Assembly: GCA_963741985.1 (NCBI GenBank)
Contig: CAVUKD010000001.1
Location: 42,916 to 106,915 of the forward strand
Reading direction: 5' to 3'
Length of the DNA stretch: 64,000 nt
Source: an uncultured Cryomorphaceae bacterium
GTDB taxonomy: Bacteria > Bacteroidota > Bacteroidia > Flavobacteriales_D > Cryomorphaceae
This document shows, piece after piece, positions 40,301 to 49,002 of the stretch (position 1 is the first letter of the stretch; each line of letters opens with the position of its first letter). A program made the translations under genes and the position numbers. The notes beneath the pieces are model-generated. The model saw nothing but the letters and a program-made list of their open reading frames with translations. It searched no databases and was not told the DNA's origin.

Positions 40301-41808
40301 ATTTGAGAAGCAATATCATAGTCGATAAATCCTTTGTTTGTAAGATCTATAAGCCTTGGTATGTATGCTTCCAATCTGAAGCCCAAGTCTTCCACAAGTC
40401 CTTCGGCATAAAAATTATCGGAATTTACTTTTCGCGCATACTGTCGTATGGCGTAGAGTGGATTTATCTTATCCATTCCCTGTAATGAATAGTACCGTTT
40501 CAATTTAAAGAAATTAGAACTCTCAAAGGCAGCACGCGTTTCTGAACTCCCGGCCAGATTGCCCATGCGCATTATTGGGTCGTCAATATTCCAAGTGAAG
40601 GATTCAAAGTACATATCCACTTTATGGTACGAATCGTAATACGGTGATTTTGAAAGACCTTCATCGGTTCTGATTAGGGTGAGCGACCTGTTTTCATCCC
40701 GAAATCGCAGACGAACGCTCGGGTGAACAATAGAGTCATTATTGAGTATTATAACTACCCGAGCGTCCGTAGAAGAAATTCTATCGGGTTTAATCGCATA
40801 AAACTGTGAATATGCGATGAGTTGCGGAAGGTTATCCCTTTTAAAAGTAAGGATGGCCGGTTGATTTTTATCGCCGTACCCTTGCAGGTTAGCTCCCTCC
40901 ATTCGAAAACCTCCATTGTAATCCACTTTAGAAACGATGTCTTTTATCGACAAGCGCTTTTCATACGATGAAAATTGAGGGTAAGTAGCCTTATCCGATG
41001 TCACATTTGCAAGTATTTTATCTTCAACATCTCCTAAGAGCGGATAGGAAAAGAATTCATTAAAGAACTCTACCGAGTCAATCTTAAACGATGAAGAGCG
41101 AGTCGTAATTTCGTAAGGGTACTTTATTACCGCATAGGTTTTATTCGGATCAAGGGCAGCTCTTTCCCAAGTTATTTTTCCGTCTTTCCCATTAAATTTC
41201 TCGGTGCGTGGAAAATATTGACCAGAAGTACTATATATCACGGAACTATCGCCTTTTGCCAAACAGATCAAATTCAAATTGGGAAATTTGATCGATGGAT
41301 CTGTGCCGTCAAAAACGAATTCCCACCCGGCATTATTTGATTTCCATATAGTTGAAGGCGATTCGTAGAATGTATTATCTTGAAAGAGCGACTGAGACAT
41401 AGTAATGTAGTCTTCGATACCGCTTTTACTTCCTTTTAGTAAACTCATCAATGTTTCCGTCCACGTATCAAAACCCGCTCCTTCTTGAGGGGATCCGGGA
41501 AAAGAAAGCAAACACGTAAAATAGGCTTTGTAAAAAGGGTAAGGACGGAGACGTTTTTTGAGCATTCCATCGGCTATTGTGTATATTTTCTCGGCTTGTT
41601 CATCGGTATAAACAGTGCTATTTAACCAAAACGGACCAAAAGCTTCGTCCATGAATTCTTTGGTTTCCTTCTTATCCACATCGTTCATCAATCCGTATAC
41701 CTCGTCATAAAATGCTTGTCGCTCATGCGTGAATTCTCTCAAGCTTTGGGCTTGAAGCATTCCACCCAATAAAACCCCTAATACACTTACTACAATTGCT
41801 TTAACCAT
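37363..41808 (-). CDS. Large exported beta-strand-rich hypothetical protein (1481 aa)
   Basis: Uninterrupted ORF with signal peptide ending LQAQ; alternating hydrophobic/polar strand pattern through most of its length; no catalytic motif recognised. Confidence 0.8.
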   Translation of the reverse strand: MVKAIVVSVLGVLLGGMLQAQSLREFTHERQAFYDEVYGLMNDVDKKETKEFMDEAFGPFWLNSTVYTDEQAEKIYTIADGMLKKRLRPYPFYKAYFTCLLSFPGSPQEGAGFDTWTETLMSLLKGSKSGIEDYITMSQSLFQDNTFYESPSTIWKSNNAGWEFVFDGTDPSIKFPNLNLICLAKGDSSVIYSTSGQYFPRTEKFNGKDGKITWERAALDPNKTYAVIKYPYEITTRSSSFKIDSVEFFNEFFSYPLLGDVEDKILANVTSDKATYPQFSSYEKRLSIKDIVSKVDYNGGFRMEGANLQGYGDKNQPAILTFKRDNLPQLIAYSQFYAIKPDRISSTDARVVIILNNDSIVHPSVRLRFRDENRSLTLIRTDEGLSKSPYYDSYHKVDMYFESFTWNIDDPIMRMGNLAGSSETRAAFESSNFFKLKRYYSLQGMDKINPLYAIRQYARKVNSDNFYAEGLVEDLGFRLEAYIPRLIDLTNKGFIDYDIASQMVHVRQKLFDYISAAGGNIDYDVIIFNSDVKNGDNAELNLVNFDLALKGVSQILLSDSQNVAIYPKNGEVNLRKNRDFNFGGVIRSGRFEFYGQEYAFNYDKFQIDLINVDSCQLYVEDFSPNSSNLRRVKNVIEGIGGTLQIDNPFNKSGLQDQFTEFPILTSDKDSYVYYDNKRIQSGLYKRDKVFFELEPFVLDSLDNFATEQVAFDGRFVSGGIFPEMNEKLRIQEDYSLGFKRATPAEGLALYGNKATFKNEIILGDDGLQGNGDIEYLTATASSDRFTFFPDSTRGITSSFVNTAQKTPLEIPEANATTVDLGFYPLDDKMSAGVIKTPINLFEGQAQATKGKIDLQPTGLSGSGVVVFSGAELESDLMNFHYNTFNSDTAAFSLLAMQEANLAFKTDNVNAFIDFDNRIGKFKSNGDETKVEFPVNDYICFMDEFKWFMDKNDIALETSRQMATDFVIDTELDMNRSNFFSTAKGQDSLNFMSPSAVYDLDSYTISASKIPWIRVADAKITPDSGKVVIRRRAKMDPLVHATILANYVTQYHTISDASVTIFSRFDYVGAGSYTYIDENKQPNLISIETIGVDSSLQTVGTGRIASDDKFFLSPHFEYQGKVNLKSNDKFLTFDGSTRIIHNCDRLQRNWMKFTASIDPQNVEIPVDTVLTDDKGDLVDVGLKLAKDPYEIYGTFLSASHNENDQSVLTSRGLLEYNKVKKTYEVASDAKLKQNNLPGNFVSLNTESCSLDGQGTLNLSDDLGQFDMKTIGKLNYDPANEKVAIDASMTLNFPFSQQALDKMRTYLSAVPDLKPVDFSKSNYEYAVRELMGLDASDKVISELSLSGTLKKIPDDLNKTLFISDVEMTWDPVLEAFVSKGEIGIASIGKDQFFRKVPGKIVIEKRVSGDIIHIYFEVDEANWYYFTYKRGLMQVYASDKEFNNVVLEEKEDKRKTSGKKKEDDYLYMLGSKSKQNIFLDQFMF

Positions 41809-41814
41809 TTACAC

Positions 41815-42648
41815 TTATTTCTTTTTAAATTTTATTGCTGCCCAGTCATGTTGGTTTTTATCCATTTCGGGAATCAGGTTTTGCCTTTCGGCAAAATGAA
41901 TAATTTCTTCCATATCAGAGGTGAAAAAACCACTGAGAATCAATGTTCCTCTGGTTTTAAGACTTACCGAAAAGGAGCTCATCATCTTCATGAGTACATT
42001 CTTGTTAATATTGGCTAAGATAATGTCATATTGGAGCGAGTTGCTAGGAATAGCATCTGCGTTTTGCACATCGATATCCACATTATTAAGCTTCACATTT
42101 TCAAGGGTGTTTTTATACGCCCAGTTTTCATCGTCAATAGCTACCACTTGTGACGCCCCTTTCTTTGCGGCGGCAATTGCCAACACTCCCGTTCCGCTTC
42201 CCATATCGAGAACAGTTTTATTTTTTAAATCCAGGTCCAAGAGCATCGACATTACCAAAAAAGTCGTTTCATGGTGGCCCGTGCCAAACGACATCTGTGG
42301 ATTTATAACGATTTCAAGATCATATAACTTCTCTGTATTTGAGTGGAATGGTGCACGAATAATACATTTATCACCGATTTCCACTATCGGATATGATTTT
42401 TCCCATTCAGCATTCCAGTTTCGATCTTCGATTCGCTGTTTTGAAAACTGTATCTCTCCAATTTCTTCCAATTCTTGATGAAGTTTTTCAACTGCAGATG
42501 TATTGAGAAAGTTCTCAGGGATATACGCTTTCAATTCGGGATCTTTTTCTTCAAAACTTTCAAATTCCAGGCCAGAAAGCCTAGCGACCAAAATTTCACT
42601 CAGCGGTTGGAAAGGATGACAGACGAATGTATATACAACATAATTCAT
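41815..42648 (-). CDS. prmA: Ribosomal protein L11 methyltransferase
   Basis: NWNAEWEK, INPQMSFGTGHHETT, VLDMGSGTGVLAIAA and DIILANIN. Confidence 0.95.
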   Translation of the reverse strand: MNYVVYTFVCHPFQPLSEILVARLSGLEFESFEEKDPELKAYIPENFLNTSAVEKLHQELEEIGEIQFSKQRIEDRNWNAEWEKSYPIVEIGDKCIIRAPFHSNTEKLYDLEIVINPQMSFGTGHHETTFLVMSMLLDLDLKNKTVLDMGSGTGVLAIAAAKKGASQVVAIDDENWAYKNTLENVKLNNVDIDVQNADAIPSNSLQYDIILANINKNVLMKMMSSFSVSLKTRGTLILSGFFTSDMEEIIHFAERQNLIPEMDKNQHDWAAIKFKKK

Positions 42649-43412
42649 TTTGCTGCCGCCTCAATAATTTGAATAAAATCAGCGGCTTTTAATGCTGCTC
42701 CGCCAATCAGCCCTCCGTCCACATCGGGTTGAGAGAATATCGATTCAGCATTTGAAGGTTTGCAACTCCCTCCATAAAGGATGCGCGTTGCTTTCGCAAA
42801 ATCAGCACCATGAAGCTCTGCCAGAACTTTTCGGATTTCACCATGCATTTCCTGGGCTTGACCTGCAGAAGCTGTTTTGCCAGTACCAATCGCCCAAACG
42901 GGTTCGTAGGCTATGATCAAATTCTTAAGGGCGTGGCTTTCAAAATCTTTGAGCGCTGTAATAATCTGGCTCGTTACGACTTCTACATACTTGTCCGCTT
43001 CGCGTTCTTCCAGTTTTTCACCACAGCAATAGATAGGGATAATGCCGGAATTGACACAGGCTTTAATTTTCTTGGCAATCAATTCATCGGTCTCTTTGTG
43101 ATATTCACGCCGCTCACTATGGCCAACAATAGCATACTTTATGTCAATTGATTTGAGCATCGCGGCCGAGTATTCTCCGGTAAAAGCACCATATTCCTCA
43201 TGTCCACTTACATCCTGAGCACATACCCCAATCGAGTCGTCCAGTTTCGATTGAAGTTTTTCCAGATAGAGCGAGGGGGGTGAAATGATCACTTTAACAT
43301 TCTTCGGTATTCTGTTCATATTTTCTTGCAATGCGTCAGTTAACATTTTTGCATCTTCCAGCGTAGTGTTCATCTTCCAATTACCCGCTACGATTTTAGT
43401 TCTTGATTTCAT
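42645..43412 (-). CDS. tpiA: Triosephosphate isomerase
   Basis: IVAGNWKMN, GAFTGE, VGHSERR, AYEPVWAIGTG, LYGGS and GGLIGGA; start reassigned to the ATG at 43412 (MKSRTK). Confidence 0.97.
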   Translation of the reverse strand: MKSRTKIVAGNWKMNTTLEDAKMLTDALQENMNRIPKNVKVIISPPSLYLEKLQSKLDDSIGVCAQDVSGHEEYGAFTGEYSAAMLKSIDIKYAIVGHSERREYHKETDELIAKKIKACVNSGIIPIYCCGEKLEEREADKYVEVVTSQIITALKDFESHALKNLIIAYEPVWAIGTGKTASAGQAQEMHGEIRKVLAELHGADFAKATRILYGGSCKPSNAESIFSQPDVDGGLIGGAALKAADFIQIIEAAAK

Positions 43413-43609
43413 AAGTATGTGATTTAGGTTCAATATTTTAAAACTTAAAAGTAAAGTAAAAAGTATACCACTTACAATGGTCTGGCCGTTTATTTTACCT
43501 ATTAACCGAATTTTGCTTTCGGTAGTTTTTTGTTTAGGTTGAACAGTTACACGGTCTATGAGGTATCTCCATAGAATTCCATTTTTTCTTCTAAAATGGG
43601 AGTAAAATC

Positions 43610-44896
43610 CTACTTCAACCTGATACGTGGATCGAGCCAACCGTATATAATATCCACAAAGATATTTATCAAAACGAAAGCGGAAGCTATTACGAGCACT
43701 GAACCCATCACTACCGGATAATCATCATTTTGCAAGGACATAAAAACTTGCAATCCTAATCCTTTCCAATTAAAAATAAACTCAATGAAAACCGCACCGG
43801 CAAGCATGGAGGCAAACCACCCTGAAACGGCTGTCACCACCGGGTTTAGCGCGTTTCGCAAAGCATGTCCGAAGACGACTTTCACAACCGAAAGACCTTT
43901 TGCACGAGCTGTTCGCACATAGTCTTTGGACAATTCTTCCAAAAGTGAATTTCGCGTAAGCTGCATAACAATAGCCAGCGGTCTGATTCCCAATGTTAAA
44001 ACTGGCAAAAACAAATTTCTAAAGGAAAGATAAGGCCCAGTGAAAACATCTACATCATATAAGGAACCAGTCATATTCAGTCCGGTGCCGGGCAGAATAA
44101 AATCCACCGAAGCAAAAGGAACGATTGAAAAACCGAATAAAAACCGAATCAGGCTATTGAGAAGAACTAATCCCAAACCGAGCACAAAACCTTTGAGCCC
44201 AACATTAACTATACGAAAGGTTGATCTATTCTTTTTTGCGAAAGCGGCAATAATCCCACCTATCAGTGCAATTATCATAGGCAAAGCCGGAAAAGAAATA
44301 TGCTGGGTCCATAAATATCCGCCAATCCAAGAAAAGATAATTGCCGCAAAAAAGGAGGGTGATGACATACCCAAAACTGCCGAGAAAAGGGAGAAATTAT
44401 CGAGAAATGAACCTTTGAATAACGCAGAGAGAATTCCAAAAAGGATTCCGACAAAGAGCGCGAAGCTGATGGCGAAAATGGCTAAAATTACCGTTCCCGG
44501 AAGGGCTTCGCCTATAACTTCGGACACCGGCTTACGAGATTGATACGAACGGCGTAAATAAGGAACTTTCAGCACAATGGCCTTTGAACCAATCGTTAAC
44601 AATTTAGAGAAATCGTACTTGGCAGAATCCAGATATAAATGGCTGTCTTCCTTATCTACTTCATGAATTGAAACCGGGCTTACATCGTTGAGATAGAGCG
44701 CGTACTGTTTCCATAGGGGAAGGTCGAGCCCCAATTCCCGATTTACCGTGGCAAGCGAAGCCTCATCGACGCGCTGACCTAGTAACATCCGCGCTGGGTC
44801 GCCGGGATTGATACTGAAAATAGCAAATACCAGCGTAATAACGCCCCACAGCACGAGAATTCCATAAAGCAGCTTACGTAAAATGTATCCGGCCAC
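43610..44896 (-). CDS. ABC transporter permease (DppB/OppB type), without partner genes in the window
   Basis: NPGDPARMLLG, EAA-type motif DYVRTARAKGLS, GAVFIEFIFNWKGLG and DIIYGWLDPRIR. Confidence 0.9.
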   Translation of the reverse strand: MAGYILRKLLYGILVLWGVITLVFAIFSINPGDPARMLLGQRVDEASLATVNRELGLDLPLWKQYALYLNDVSPVSIHEVDKEDSHLYLDSAKYDFSKLLTIGSKAIVLKVPYLRRSYQSRKPVSEVIGEALPGTVILAIFAISFALFVGILFGILSALFKGSFLDNFSLFSAVLGMSSPSFFAAIIFSWIGGYLWTQHISFPALPMIIALIGGIIAAFAKKNRSTFRIVNVGLKGFVLGLGLVLLNSLIRFLFGFSIVPFASVDFILPGTGLNMTGSLYDVDVFTGPYLSFRNLFLPVLTLGIRPLAIVMQLTRNSLLEELSKDYVRTARAKGLSVVKVVFGHALRNALNPVVTAVSGWFASMLAGAVFIEFIFNWKGLGLQVFMSLQNDDYPVVMGSVLVIASAFVLINIFVDIIYGWLDPRIRLK

Positions 44897-44902
44897 AGGT
44901 TT

Positions 44903-46435
44903 TTATTTCATATAATCTTTCTGAATGGTCGAAAAATCAGGAATATCCGACGCACTCCATTTCGCCAGGATCGTTCCACCTTTCATCAATACTAATCCTG
45001 GATTTGAGCGAATTATGGTTTTCAGGAAAATCGCATCTGCTGTATAAAAAGTGAAAGGGAGTTGATTCTCATGTCTATAAGTTTCTGAAACATCGTAGGG
45101 AGAAGAAGTCATTCCGAAGAAATTTATCTGATTTTTGTCTGCTTCTGCTGCCAGTTCTCTAAGCTTATCAGCTGAGTGACCGTCTCGCCTGCGCGTGATA
45201 TCATACATCACCACGATCAAACTGTAATTGGGATCGCTCAAAATTTCTTCACCGATATCATTGTCCTCTTCGTCCATTACGTTGAACGTAGCGATGGGTG
45301 GTTCATATCCACTTTTTATTACAATCGGTTCAGGGCTTGTCGATTCGATAGACCAGGCCTTGTTTTCCCAAATTTTCTTATCGAGATAATCCTTGGAATT
45401 CATGGTCATGGTTTCGCCGGTTTCCGAATTTTTAAGCTGATAAATATTCGCGTATACCGTTGGCTCCACTCCTAATTCTTGTGCCGATTTCATTTGTTCT
45501 TTGATATTTTTACCAACGGCATACGGACGATAATCCTTAATCGGAAGATGTTTATAGGTGTAGATTGCGAATATATAGGTGAGAGTGGCAAGTGTGAGAG
45601 CGAGAATCCATTCGCGTTTGTTTACACTCCCTTTCACAGCGCCCGTGGCGAAATAAACAATGATCGCCAGTGTGAAAAATAGTGTTGGAAACATCCATCC
45701 GAAAAGCCATCCCCCAAAGAGCAAAATAATGAGAAAGGAAAACGGCAACATTACCAAATTGTCGCGCATGGTGTTGAGCTTTATTTTACTACTTTTCAGC
45801 AAAATAACGATCACCAGAAACATAAGCCCCAAATCCTTGTAAAAAGATTCCCAAGGACTTAATGGTCTTCCAACTGATCCGCGCAGCGCATCTCCAAAAC
45901 AGCCACAATCGGTTACACACACCTGATCAAAAGGCTGGGCGGCAGTCATAGCCGCAAGTTGAGCATCGTTGCAGGAAGCTGTGAAATAGGTTAGCCATGC
46001 AAAAAAGAGCGTCATAGCCAGCAATACAATAGATACCATGCGAGACTTGGCTCCAAAAATTACGGCTAGACCGAGTAAAGTCTCTACTCCTGCTATCAGA
46101 ATAGCGATGGGGAGAGAATAATCACGAAAAATTGCCCAGAAAGCTCCCAGCGCATTTGGATCGAAATATTCTTCGAGCTTTATACTGAAACCTACGGTGT
46201 CGTTGGCTTTTATCAATCCGGAAACGATAAAGACTGAACCGACAACGAGCCTTGCAAAATAGGTGGCTGTTACGGGCATTTTCACGATTAACAAAATACC
46301 AGGAATAAAAGCCGCAGTGGCGGACATCCAATAGATATTAAATCCGTCTACCACGCTTGGTTTTACTAGTCCGAGTATAAACATAAAGCAGGAAACTGCT
46401 ACGAGAATAACTCCTAATATTCGATTGCTCTTCAT
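44903..46435 (-). CDS. DoxX/MauE-like membrane protein with C-terminal thioredoxin-like region (BT_3928-like)
   Basis: RLVVGSVFIVSGLIKAND..GF..KLEEYF, DCGCFGDA, WESFYKD and IIRSNPGLVLMKGG. Confidence 0.8.
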   Translation of the reverse strand: MKSNRILGVILVAVSCFMFILGLVKPSVVDGFNIYWMSATAAFIPGILLIVKMPVTATYFARLVVGSVFIVSGLIKANDTVGFSIKLEEYFDPNALGAFWAIFRDYSLPIAILIAGVETLLGLAVIFGAKSRMVSIVLLAMTLFFAWLTYFTASCNDAQLAAMTAAQPFDQVCVTDCGCFGDALRGSVGRPLSPWESFYKDLGLMFLVIVILLKSSKIKLNTMRDNLVMLPFSFLIILLFGGWLFGWMFPTLFFTLAIIVYFATGAVKGSVNKREWILALTLATLTYIFAIYTYKHLPIKDYRPYAVGKNIKEQMKSAQELGVEPTVYANIYQLKNSETGETMTMNSKDYLDKKIWENKAWSIESTSPEPIVIKSGYEPPIATFNVMDEEDNDIGEEILSDPNYSLIVVMYDITRRRDGHSADKLRELAAEADKNQINFFGMTSSPYDVSETYRHENQLPFTFYTADAIFLKTIIRSNPGLVLMKGGTILAKWSASDIPDFSTIQKDYMK

Positions 46436-46449
46436 AATGGGTTTTGTTC

Positions 46450-47010
46450 TTATTGTTGAAAAGTTCCGGCGTTTTCACCAATTAATATAAGTGCGAAGAT
46501 CGAATAATTGATCATATCAAAATAATTAGCGTCAATGCCTTCAGAGATGAGTGTTTTTCCTTCGTTATCTTCGATTTGTTTGATGCGTAAAAGCTTCATC
46601 AAAATCAGATCTGTAAGCGACGAAATCCGCATATCGCGCCAAGCTTCGCCATAATCATGATTTTTGTTTAGCATGAGCTCAAAAGCTTCATTGGCGTACT
46701 TATCATAAAGTTGAGTAGTCGTTTTTTTATCCAAATCCAGATTATCGTTATGTCCCAGCTCGAGCTGAATAAGTGCCATGATGCAGTAATTTACTATTCC
46801 TATAAATTCCGAATCAACTCCTTCGTTTACAAGACTTTTTCTCAAATCCTGGATCGTTCGGATACGGTTTGCCTTGATAAAAATCTGATCGGTAAGCGAA
46901 GAAGTACGCAAAATACGCCATGCCGTCCCGTAGTCGTGCATTTTCTTAAAGAATATATCTTTGCAATCGTTCAATACCTCTTGGTACTGCTCAGATGTGT
47001 GATTTGCCAT
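46450..47010 (-). CDS. DUF1599 domain-containing protein (two tandem domains)
   Basis: Duplicated K.HDYG.AWR..R.SSLTD.I..K..RI motif; start at ATG 47010. Confidence 0.85.
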   Translation of the reverse strand: MANHTSEQYQEVLNDCKDIFFKKMHDYGTAWRILRTSSLTDQIFIKANRIRTIQDLRKSLVNEGVDSEFIGIVNYCIMALIQLELGHNDNLDLDKKTTTQLYDKYANEAFELMLNKNHDYGEAWRDMRISSLTDLILMKLLRIKQIEDNEGKTLISEGIDANYFDMINYSIFALILIGENAGTFQQ

Positions 47011-47042
47011 TTCGATTAAATAATTTTTCAATACTTACAGCC

Positions 47043-47897
47043 GTGAAAGATACTGCTTTTCTTAAACACCAAAGTATTCAAGTCCGAGGTTCTCTGTTAA
47101 ATATTAACAAGGTATTAACGATGGGAATTTTGAATATTACCAACGACTCTTTTCATTCTGAGAGCCGTGTTATTTCAAAGCCAGATTATCTGGCTGCAGC
47201 CAAAAAAGTGGTTCTGGAAGGAGCAGATATTCTGGATATTGGCGCGTATTCAACCCGCCCCGGTGCAGATGACATTTCGAGTGATGAAGAAACAGAACGA
47301 GTGTGCGATGCTGTTTCCGCTATTCGCGCTCAGCATCCGGAGATTTTAATTTCAGCAGATACGTTTCGGTCGGCTGTGGCCGAAAAAGCTGTCGAAGCTG
47401 GAGCGGATATTATCAATGATGTTTCAGGTGGAATATTGGATGATGCAATGTTCGAAACAGTTGCACGGCTTAGGGTTCCGTATATTCTGATGCACTTTCG
47501 AGGCACGCCGAAAACGATGAATTCGCTTGCCGTGTATGAGGATTTGGTTGGCGAAATCGTATTGGAACTGAGTGAAAAAGTGAATCGACTTCGACTTTTG
47601 GGCGTTGAAGATATCATCCTAGATCCCGGATTTGGATTCGCTAAAACGGCGACTCAAAACTTTGTACTCTTAAAACGGTTAAAGCAATTGGAATTATTTG
47701 GATTACCGATATTGGCAGGGCTTTCGCGTAAGTCAATGGTTTGGCGCACGCTTGAATGCAAGCCCGAAGAGGCACTAAATGGAACAACTGCCCTGAATAT
47801 GCTTGCCTTGCAAAACGGAGCAAACATCCTTCGCGTGCACGATGTGAAAGAAGCCAAGGAAGTAATAGCTTTGTGGGAGAAATATCGGGAAGCTTAA
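47043..47897 (+). CDS. folP: Dihydropteroate synthase
   Basis: MGILNITNDSF, DIGAYSTRPGA, ISADTF, INDVSGG, DPGFGFAK, GLSRKS and LRVHDV; GTG start at 47043 preferred. Confidence 0.96.
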   Translation: MKDTAFLKHQSIQVRGSLLNINKVLTMGILNITNDSFHSESRVISKPDYLAAAKKVVLEGADILDIGAYSTRPGADDISSDEETERVCDAVSAIRAQHPEILISADTFRSAVAEKAVEAGADIINDVSGGILDDAMFETVARLRVPYILMHFRGTPKTMNSLAVYEDLVGEIVLELSEKVNRLRLLGVEDIILDPGFGFAKTATQNFVLLKRLKQLELFGLPILAGLSRKSMVWRTLECKPEEALNGTTALNMLALQNGANILRVHDVKEAKEVIALWEKYREA

Positions 47898-48006
47898 ATA
47901 AGATTCGAAAACGCATATTCAAATTAGCACTAAACCCTTTGCAATCTTTGCATAAAGACTCTGTGATACTTCCCGTTCCCTTTGGTAGACAGTTAAATAA
48001 AAGCAA

Positions 48007-49002
48007 ATGAAAGAACTACACTACAAGGCAATAGTAATCGGCGGAGGCCCATGTGGAATTGCCGCTGCCGCAGAATTGAAAAAAAAAGGAATCCAAAGCC
48101 TGATCATTGAAAAAGGATCGGTCACGGAATCGCTGCGCAATTATCCACGTAGGATGACCTTTTTTAGCACTGCAGAAAACATCGAAATTGCAGGTATCCC
48201 CTTCCCTACCAGCAATGTGAAAGCTACCCGAATCGAAGCGCTTCAATATTACCGGAAGGTGGCGCAATATTTTGAACTGAAATTTCAACTCCACACAGCC
48301 GTTACCAAAGTGAATAAAACAAAAGATGGATTTTTGGTGAAAACCGAAAAACACGGCGATTTTACCGCAGATTATGTGGTTTTGGCCACGGGCTACTTTG
48401 GCAAACCCCGTCTATTGGGTATACCCGGCGAGAACGAACCGAATGTAAGCCATTATTACGAAGAGCCGTTTGCCCATTCCTTTCAAAAAGTGGTAATTGT
48501 AGGTGGCGGCAACAGCGCCATTGAAGCAGCACTCGAACTTTACCGCCACAATGTGGATATCACGATGGTGGTGCGCGGCGAAGGACTGAAACCCACTGCC
48601 AAATATTGGTTGGTTCCCGATATTCAAAACCGGATTAAAGAAGGAAAAATCAAAGTGATCTATCAAGCCGAAGCCAAAGCGATTGGAGAAAATAAAATCG
48701 AAATCGTTTCGAAAGAAGGGGGTAAACAAACCCTCGAAGCTGATTTCGTATATATGCTAATTGGCTATTTGCCCGACGAAAACCTGATGAAGGCGTGCGG
48801 ATTGCATCCAAAGCCGGATGATCTTCTGTTAGAGCATGATCGGGAAACGTTTGAATCAGAAATCGATGGTTTTTATCTCTGCGGAACGATTCTGGCTGGT
48901 GTGCGCACTGAGAAGGTTTTTATTGAAAATGGCCGCGATCATGCGATTGCCATTGGGAATGACATTGCCCGAAAGGAGGCGCTTATGCCTTCGGATGCTT
49001 GA
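48007..49002 (+). CDS. ypdA: YpdA-family putative bacillithiol disulfide reductase (FAD/NAD(P)H)
   Basis: IGGGPCG, FFST.ENIEI, TRIEALQYY, SHYYEEP, GGGNSA.EAALEL, KYW..PDI.NRI and FIENGR.H. Confidence 0.85.
   Translation: MKELHYKAIVIGGGPCGIAAAAELKKKGIQSLIIEKGSVTESLRNYPRRMTFFSTAENIEIAGIPFPTSNVKATRIEALQYYRKVAQYFELKFQLHTAVTKVNKTKDGFLVKTEKHGDFTADYVVLATGYFGKPRLLGIPGENEPNVSHYYEEPFAHSFQKVVIVGGGNSAIEAALELYRHNVDITMVVRGEGLKPTAKYWLVPDIQNRIKEGKIKVIYQAEAKAIGENKIEIVSKEGGKQTLEADFVYMLIGYLPDENLMKACGLHPKPDDLLLEHDRETFESEIDGFYLCGTILAGVRTEKVFIENGRDHAIAIGNDIARKEALMPSDA

Noticed and set aside
43413-43640. 76-aa N-terminal extension of TpiA in the ORF track
   Set aside because: It begins at a TTG inside the permease gene, and TpiA homology starts at MKSRTKIVAGNWK (43412). 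Treated as a stop-free spacer, although an extended isoform is not formally excluded.
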